Assembly: GCA_043228905.1 (NCBI GenBank)
Contig: JBHGNT010000005.1
Span: 18,476,001 to 18,540,000, forward strand
From: Azolla caroliniana
Lineage: Eukaryota; Plantae; Polypodiophyta
DNA length: 64,000 nt
Direction of reading: 5' to 3'
Shown: one piece after another, positions 56,559-64,000 of the stretch
Numbering within the stretch: the first letter of the stretch is position 1
How the letters are laid out: every line of letters starts with the position of its first letter
Made by a program: the position numbers and the translations under genes
Notes under the pieces: model-generated
Told to the model about the DNA's origin: nothing
The model's input: the letters and a program-made list of their open reading frames with translations, nothing else
The model's database searches: none

Positions 56559-59500
56559 TTATGCCAACATCTTCTGCTCAGTTGTTTGTTGTAGTACCAT
56601 CTTTGTCCTTAGTGCTCCGAAGCGTTGATTTGGGAGTGGCTTTGTCAAGCAATCGGTGATGTTCAACTCGGTCTCGATCTTCTGGATTTCGAGCCTCTTC
56701 TCAGTTATGAGCTCTCGGATGTGATGATACCGTACCTCAATGTGCTTCATCTTTGTGTGATAGACAGGATCATTAATGAGGTGAATTGCGCTCTATGAGT
56801 CGCACTAGATGGTCGATGCTAGTCGGTTGATTCAGCTTGTATTTGATGGCTTGTTGGCAGACAATCTGTGCCTCTGATGCTACTATGTACTCGGCCTCTA
56901 TGGTCGACATGGCCGTGCACTCTGATATCGCATCGCTACCATAGGTGAAAATATAGCCTGATGTTGACTTCCAATTGTTCGTATTTCTAGCATTGTCGAA
57001 GTCAGTGTAGACTTTGACTTTGGCTGAGGTTGTCAAACCGAAAGTCAACTGTGTATCTTGAGTCCCTCTCAGGTACCTAAAGATGTGCTCAAGGACCTCC
57101 CAATGGTTTCGACCTAGGTTTGACACGTATCGGTTGACCACTCCTATGGCATAGGCTAGGTCGAGTTGGGTCGCCACCATTGCGTGCATGATACTTCCTA
57201 AGGCCGATGCATAGGGCATCTTTCCATTAAGCTCTCTCTTCTTGTCCGTTCAAGGAGAGTGTCTGTCCAATAGTCGGATCGATGGTTGTCAAACTGAAAG
57301 TCAGCTGTGTATCTTCGGTCCCTCTCAGGTATCTAAAGATGTGCTTGACGACCTCCCAATGCTTCCGCCTTGGGTTTGACATGTATCGACTGACCACTCC
57401 TACGGCATAGGCTAGGTCGGGTTGGGTCGCCACCATTGTGTACATGATACTTCCTAAGGCCGATGTGTAGGGTATCTTTCCATTAAGCTCTCTCTTCTTG
57501 TCCATTCAAGGAGAGTCTCTGTTCGATAGTCGGATTGACGTCGGAAGCGGTGTTGGTGCTGGCTTTGCATTCTACATGTTGAAGCACCTCCGCACCTTCC
57601 GGATATAGTCAGACTAGGAGAGTCGGAGAGTCTTGGTCATCCGATTTCGCTCAATCCTCATGCCCAGTATGTGACGGGCTTGTCTGAGTTCCATCATTGT
57701 GAACTTGTCGTGAAGGCTCCGCTTCAGTTTTTTGATCTCTGCTTGATTGCTTCCTGCAATCAGCATTTTGTGACATATAGGATAAGATAAATCCTAGACT
57801 CATCGGCCAGTTGCCGAATATACATGCATGGGTCGGAGTTGGATCGACGGTATCTAAGTTGCCTGATGTAGGAGTCAAACTTCTAGTACCACATCGTCGA
57901 CGCTTGTTTCAAGCCACATAGGCTTTTCTTCAGTCGACACACGAGGTGACTTTCCTCCCCCGTCGTTGTGAAGCCTGCTGGTTGATACATGTAAATGTCT
58001 TCTTCCAGATCTCCGTGTAGGAATGCCGTCTTTACGTCCATATGCTCGAGCTCTAGGTCTTCTGTAGCTACAACTCCTAGTAGGAGTCGGAGGGTGGTCA
58101 TCTTGACTACTAGTGAGAATATCTTGTCGTAGTTGACCCCGTGTCCTTGTTTGAAACCTTTCCCGACAAGCTGAGCTTTGTACTTGGGTTTCTTTGAGTC
58201 AGATACATATTTGTATCGGAAAACCCATTTGCAAGGTAGCGGCTTTCTTCCAATTGATAGTTAGACCAACTCCCATGTCTGATTCTTGTGAATTGAGTCC
58301 ATTTCGGATCTCATGGCTCGTCCAGATCTCCTGGGTGCCGAGATAAGAGGTTCGGATTCTTTGATCGGCTCTGTCAGTCAATCGGTATTTATTGAACCAT
58401 TTGTGTCAGGAGTCTTGTTAGGTGACCCACCCTCATGCTGGGATTTCGGTGGTGTCATGGCTTTCTCCCCCGTGAACTTTTTTGACTCGGGTTTGTTTCC
58501 AAATCACATCATGTTGACTTTGCTTTGTTGGACTCTTGTCGAATTGGCTCTGTCTTCGAGATCGACTAGTGGACCCCCTACCAATTTAGAGTCGGTAGGT
58601 ATGTTGTTGGCTTGGTCAAGTTCGACTATTTGTCGAATCTCTGATTCGGCTTGGTGGGATGGTCCTTCTATGAAATCTTTGTCGACTTCGAAGGATACCT
58701 TTTTACCAGCTATTTTCTGCTGGTTCCGCTGAGAGAAGATAGAGTCTTCATTGAAGACTACATCACTGCTCCGTATTAATTTCCGATTCTCAGAGCCCCA
58801 TAGCCGGTAGCCAAAGTCCCCATTAGTTCCATAACTGAGAAATATGCATTTCATCACATGGGGTGCCAAATGGTCCTTTTCTCCCTGGGGATGAACGCGT
58901 AGGCTTCGCATCCGAATACACGGAGCCTATTGTAGGTCGGCTATTTTCTTGACCATGGTGCTTGTGGCACTTCGAGCTTGATTGCTTTCGATGGTGATAG
59001 ATTTACCATGTATACTGCCGTCTGCAATGCCTCAACCCAGAACTCTAGCTTTAGTACAACTTGTTGGAGCATTGCCGTCACCCTCTCCTGGATTGTTCGG
59101 TTCATCCGTTCTACCACTCCATTCTGCATGGGTGTGTAAGGAACGGTCTTTTGATGCCGGAATGGAGAGGTACTCCTTGAAGGCTCTAGAGGTATATTCG
59201 CCTCCATTTTCGGTGTGTCCTGACCGGTTCTCCACTTCAAATGTCCACCGAGTGAAGACCTCGAGCACTTCGTCTTTAGACCTGATTGAGTTGGCCAAGA
59301 TCTTCCGTGTACAGTCATCTACAAAGGTGATGAAGTACCGGGAGCCTCCTAGTGATCGCCCTAGCATGGGCCCACATATATCTGTGTGCACAAGCTCTAA
59401 GGGTTGTAGTACCGCCTCGTAGTGGAGAGAGTGTGAACTTCGGGTCTGTTTCCCGTATCGACAATGCTTGCAGAAGTCCGTCTTTGCTTGGAGTTTAGGT

Positions 59501-60790
59501 ATGTAGCCGATCGCCATCACCCGATCAAGCCCGACTTGAGACATATGGCCGAGTCGGCCATGCCATAAGTTTGGGTCGGTCTTTTTGGCTACGTTCACGG
59601 CCCCTTCTGGATTGATCGCCATTAATGTGTACAAGTTATTGTATTTGTGTCCACTATCATTTCTGAGATTTCCCCGACTGATCATCAATATCGACTCACT
59701 TAGAGTTGTTCGATACCAATCTTCGGCTAACATGCCGATGGAGGCCAGACTCCTTTTCAGATCGGCTATGTACTTGACTTGGTGCAGGGTGCGCATGTTG
59801 ACATTGGGCAATCGGATGGGAACCTCTCTAGTCCCTGCAATTCTGTAGTCCTGCCCGTTGCCTAGTCAGACTCTACCGCTGGCATCGGCTGAATAGTCCG
59901 AAAACCATTCAATGTTGGGGGTCACATGGAATGTGGCACCGGAATCTAGTAACCACATGTGAATTCATCGATGGTAAGTGCCATCGATTTTTGCCGAATG
60001 TCCTCGGTGAGAACTTGGCTGATCATCTCATCTAGATTTAGGATCGGTCGGCTATTGGCTTATGTCGTGCAGAATACCTCCCAACTCACCGGCAAGCTTG
60101 ATAGGAGGGTAAGGGCTTTCACATATTCTTCGAAGTTGATCCCTTGTGAGGAGAGCTCTGATAACACCCGGCTAAAGAAGTTGATGTGAGAGGTAGCCGG
60201 ATCTGTCTCTCTCATCTTCATGTTGAACAGTTGTTTGATCAAGATGAGTTTTGAAGATAAGGACTTTTTCTCGTACACGGCTTATAGCTTCTCTCATAAT
60301 GAGAACGTTGTCGTCTCTTTTTCCATGCTGAAGTAGACGTTTTCGACTAGGTGCATTTGGATGTTGGAGCGTGTGATTTCGTCCATTGACCTCCACTCAT
60401 TGGTTGACATTGAAGCAGGCTTTTTGGAGTGTCGAAAGACCTCGACCTGTCTTCAAATAATCAGTACGTCTTGCATCATCTCCTTCCATAGGGCAAAGTT
60501 TTTGCCGTCGAATTTTCGGATCTCAACTCCTCTACCAGATGTTGATACCATGATTCTTTTGAAAGTGAGATTGCTAATTGGTCTTTTCCTTTTAGTTTTT
60601 TTTTTCTGCAGTTTGTTTCTGCCGAGCCGCGGATCTTGTTGATACTAGTTGAAGGATAGATATGCATGGAAACATATGTGAGGACCTGTCGGTTATGCTC
60701 AGCAAACAACACAGAGGGAAGGCAAGAAGATATAGACAGATAATAGGCACACACAAATGGCGCTTTAATGGAAGCTCTCTTTATTTCTGT
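56559..60790 (-). mobile_element. Decayed Ty1/Copia G, related to E: partial 5' LTR, degenerate PBS, gag, PR, IN, RT, RH
   Basis: gag ATG 60551, WLLDSGATFH near 59930-59957, LWHGRLGH, FVDDCTRK, DVKTAFLHGDLEE, KHIEVRYH. PBS relic at ~60636-60647. Confidence 0.85.
57028..57539. repeat. 256-bp tandem duplication in the RT/RH junction of Copia G
   Basis: GGTTGTCAAAC at 57028 and 57284. PYxSALGS..QLTF is encoded twice. Confidence 0.88.
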
Positions 60791-61316
60791 TTTCTCTCTC
60801 TGCAACGGTCTTGTTGCTGCTGCCACGCTGCCGTCGCTGCTGTCTGCGACGTCTGTTGCCGCCTACTACCGTGCTGCACTCTCTCTCTCTCTCCCTCCCA
60901 TCGTGCTGTCATTTGTTGCCGCACTGCCACCTCTGACTTCCGTCGCCGTCTACTGCCGTCTATCGCCGTCTATTGCCGTGCTGCCGTCGATCGCCGTTTG
61001 CGTGCTGGACAACCTGCTGCCGTTCATCATCGTCCGTCATAGTCGCCGTTGCCGTTGCTGTGTTCTTCTCCTTCTTGTTCTTGACGTTGCCGAGTGCCGT
61101 GTTTCTTTTCTTGGCGGCGCATCCTTGTTCTTTTAGCGCGCTCGTCGCGTGCAAAATGCCGATGTGACTGCGACATACACACAAACTCGGCTAAGTCTCG
61201 AACCCATTTATTTTATCTTTTTTTCTTATTGACACTACAATGTCTAAAAGAAATGAACATAAGGATACACAAGACGAGGCTATAAGTAAGGAGGACTTTT
61301 TAGATATGTTTAACCG

Positions 61317-64000
61317 TGTTGAGAGACAAGCTCAACATCGGCCGGATCGGTTGAAGAAGCCGAGGACCGGATCGGTTGGGACCGATCGGTTAGGCCAAGT
61401 GCATACACCGGGAGGTCGTTAGGAAAGATATTCCGTGAGGAATATATTTGGGAGTTAGTGTAGGAGCTCTTGATGAGCATTGAAGTATTGTCAGTACTTC
61501 GGTCAGTCCTTCTAGGACTTGTATAAAAGTGCTCACTGAGCACGTCTTATGTACAGAGATTGAGTATTATTGTTGAATATAGTTTTTTGTGTTTCTCTCT
61601 CGGTCTCTCCCGCGTATACCGTGTAAGCCTAAGCTCTCCATTGAACCTGAGTTTCCTTCCTCTGTTCTGTCTTCATACTTTCTTTCGCACACTACTTTCT
61701 ACATGGTATCAGAGCGTGAGGGTTGAGAACCTCTCTGCAGCCGACACAGCTTGACGAAGAAGAACAAGAAGAACGATGGATAGAGGCATGGCGAGCTCGC
61801 TTCCAACAGAGAAGCTCGACAGAACCAACTACGCGTCTTGGTCCTACAAGATGCACCAATACTTGCTCGGGCACGACTACTGGAGTTATGTCGAAGGAGC
61901 TAATGACACGGCACCCGAATCGACACACACAGACTTCCCGTCGTGGGAGCAATCGGCGAGCAGGGTACTATACTGCTTTGCGTTGTGTGTGGGAGAAAAG
62001 CTATTGAGCTATGTTCGGGATGCAAAGACGCCGAAGGGTGCGTGGGAAAATCTGAAGAAGATTTTCGCCGCGAGCACCACAGCTAGGAAGCTTCAGCTCC
62101 GATAGGAGTTGAGCAACCTATGACAACGCGACTTGTTGGTGGCGGACTATATCTCGAAGATCAAGGATATCTGCAACTCCCTCGCCTCCATAGAGGTGAA
62201 CATTGAGGAGAGCAAGATGGTCCAGATCTGTCTCGAAGGTTTGGCGTCGAAGTTCGGAGCGTTCCGAACGGCTGTGTGTACTCGGGAGAATACGCCGTCC
62301 TTTTTCGACTTACAGTCGATGCTCTTGGTAGAGGAGAACCACGCGGGTGCGTCGACGAGCACGCACACCGACAACAAGATGTTGTACACGGAGGGAGAAA
62401 GGCCCCGTGGTCGTGGCGGATGAGGCGAGTCGGCGCGCAATGGAGGCGGCCGACGTGATCAAGGAAGAAGGCACCGAAGTGATGCCGATAGCAACACCGG
62501 ACCCTCCGGAAACAGGGGGAGTCGAAGCGATGAGAACCGGCAAGGGAAGGCCATCGCGGAGTGCTGGTACTGTGGCAAGAAAGGCCACAGGGAAAGTGAG
62601 TGCTGGAAGAAGCGCGCCGATTCGGAGAGAACTGGTTCCGGGAACGGCTCCAGACATACCGACAAGGGAAATCGGCAACGATCGCACTACGCTGAAGACT
62701 CCGGGAGAGCCGGAGAAGGGTCTGTCTTCGTGACGAGACATGAAGCAAACTCAATGAAACAGAGCACCCCGAGATCGGACGAGGTGTGGTACGTAGACTC
62801 TGGCGCGTCAAACCACATGACAAGCCATAAGGAGTGGTTCTCATACCTTGAAAAACCGATACAACCTGGAGTAGTCGCAACAGGAGACGACACTCCGCAT
62901 CCGATCGCGAATGTCGGAGAAGTTCCCCTTAGCCATGTCGAGCAGAAAGCGAAACTCAAGAACGTGCTGCACGTTCCGACAATCACGAAGAACTTGGTCT
63001 CGGTCGGATAGATCGTCGACCAAGGGATGGAGGTTCGGTTTACACACCTCGGGTGCTTCATTGAGGAAGAAGGCCATGTGATTGCGCAAGGGCGCAGAGA
63101 CGGGAGGATGTTCATCCTCGACTCCACTGACGGAGGCACCGCAATGTTCGCGAAGGGACAAAAGACCGAGTCGGACATCGACTTGTGGCACAAGCGGATA
63201 GGCCATGTCAACCACCAGCGGCTTCAAGATCTGCAATCGAAACAGGTAGTGTTCGGATTGCCCAAGTTTAGTGGCCGAAAGGCACAAATTTGTGAAGCCT
63301 GCTAGCTCGGGAAGCAACACCGACTTCCTTTCCCCAACGAGCGAAACCGGAGCCGGAACAAGCTCGACCTTATACACTCGGATGTGTGGCGGCCGGCACA
63401 AAACGTTAGTCTTGGCGGGAGCCGATATTTTGTCTCCTTCATCGACGACCACACGCGGCACACGTGGATCTACCTCATTGAGAGGAAGAGCGAAGTCTTT
63501 GACTGTTTCCGGGACCTCAAAGGGTTCGTGGAAGCCGAAACGGGACGAAAGATCAAGTGTCTGCGGTCGGATGGCGGGAAAGAGTACTTTTCCGGTCAAT
63601 TCAACGGTTACCTACAACAAATGGGAATTCGGCGTGAATTCAGTTGTAGATACACGCCAGAGCAGAACGGCGTGGCCGAGAGAAAGAATCGGTCGATTGT
63701 GGAAGCAGCACGGGCAATGCTGGAGGAGAAGAGCTTGCCCAAGTTCTACTGGGCCGAGGTGGTAAGGACCGCGGTATACATCCAGAACCGGATTGGAGAC
63801 AAAGTGTCGGCGCACGAGCTATATTTCGGAACGAAGCCGAACTTGCGACACTTGAGGGTGTTCGGTAGCATTGCGTATGTGCATGTACCGAAGGAGAAAA
63901 GGAGGAAGCTGGACGCAAAGGCCGAGAAGTGCATCTTGGTCGGTTACTCGGACGAGCAGAAGGGTTATAAGTGCTATAACCCTCGCACCAAACAAGCGCG
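61317..64000 (+). mobile_element. Ty1/Copia H, related to Cop1/Cop2: 5' LTR 61317-61703, PBS, gag, PR, IN; cut by the window end
   Basis: TGTTGAG...TTCTACA. PBS TGGTATCAGAGC at 61704-61715. gag ATG 61788, CWYCGKKGH, WYVDSGASNH, LWHKRIGH, FIDDHTRH, YTPEQNG. A few stops. Confidence 0.93.

Noticed and set aside
61233-61316. CACTACAA as a CACTA transposon terminus, with a short ORF MSKRNEHK interrupted by Copia H
   Set aside because: Only 8 bp match, with no subterminal repeats or partner TIR in the window. The ORF is too short to identify.

Overview
Eukaryotic, plant-type DNA; the Tcn1-like chromoviruses and Phygy-like gypsy elements suggest a non-seed plant such as a fern (inference). One host gene, a 3-exon UPL5-like ubiquitin-domain HECT E3 ligase (33011-39114, +), sits between two stacks of nested LTR retrotransposons. 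These are two Tcn1-like chromoviruses (44-5729 -, 45453-51134 +, the latter apparently intact with identical LTRs), one full-length non-chromovirus gypsy with an extra 3' ORF (17534-26942 -), seven decayed or truncated Copia elements, LTR remnants and a LINE fragment. Main observations: (1) the non-chromovirus gypsy has no polypurine tract; in its place is a 38-nt structured motif ending in a sense copy of the primer tRNA 3' end (..CCCACGGRCGTGCCA), found at three loci with compensatory stem changes, which suggests tRNA priming of both strands or an internal tRNA mimic; (2) both chromoviruses show Tf1-type self-priming with covariation, an antisense tRNA-like A/B-box at the start of U3, heat-shock-element arrays before the TATA box, and a conserved -1 frameshift signal. 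All alignments were made by eye; no database searches were run.
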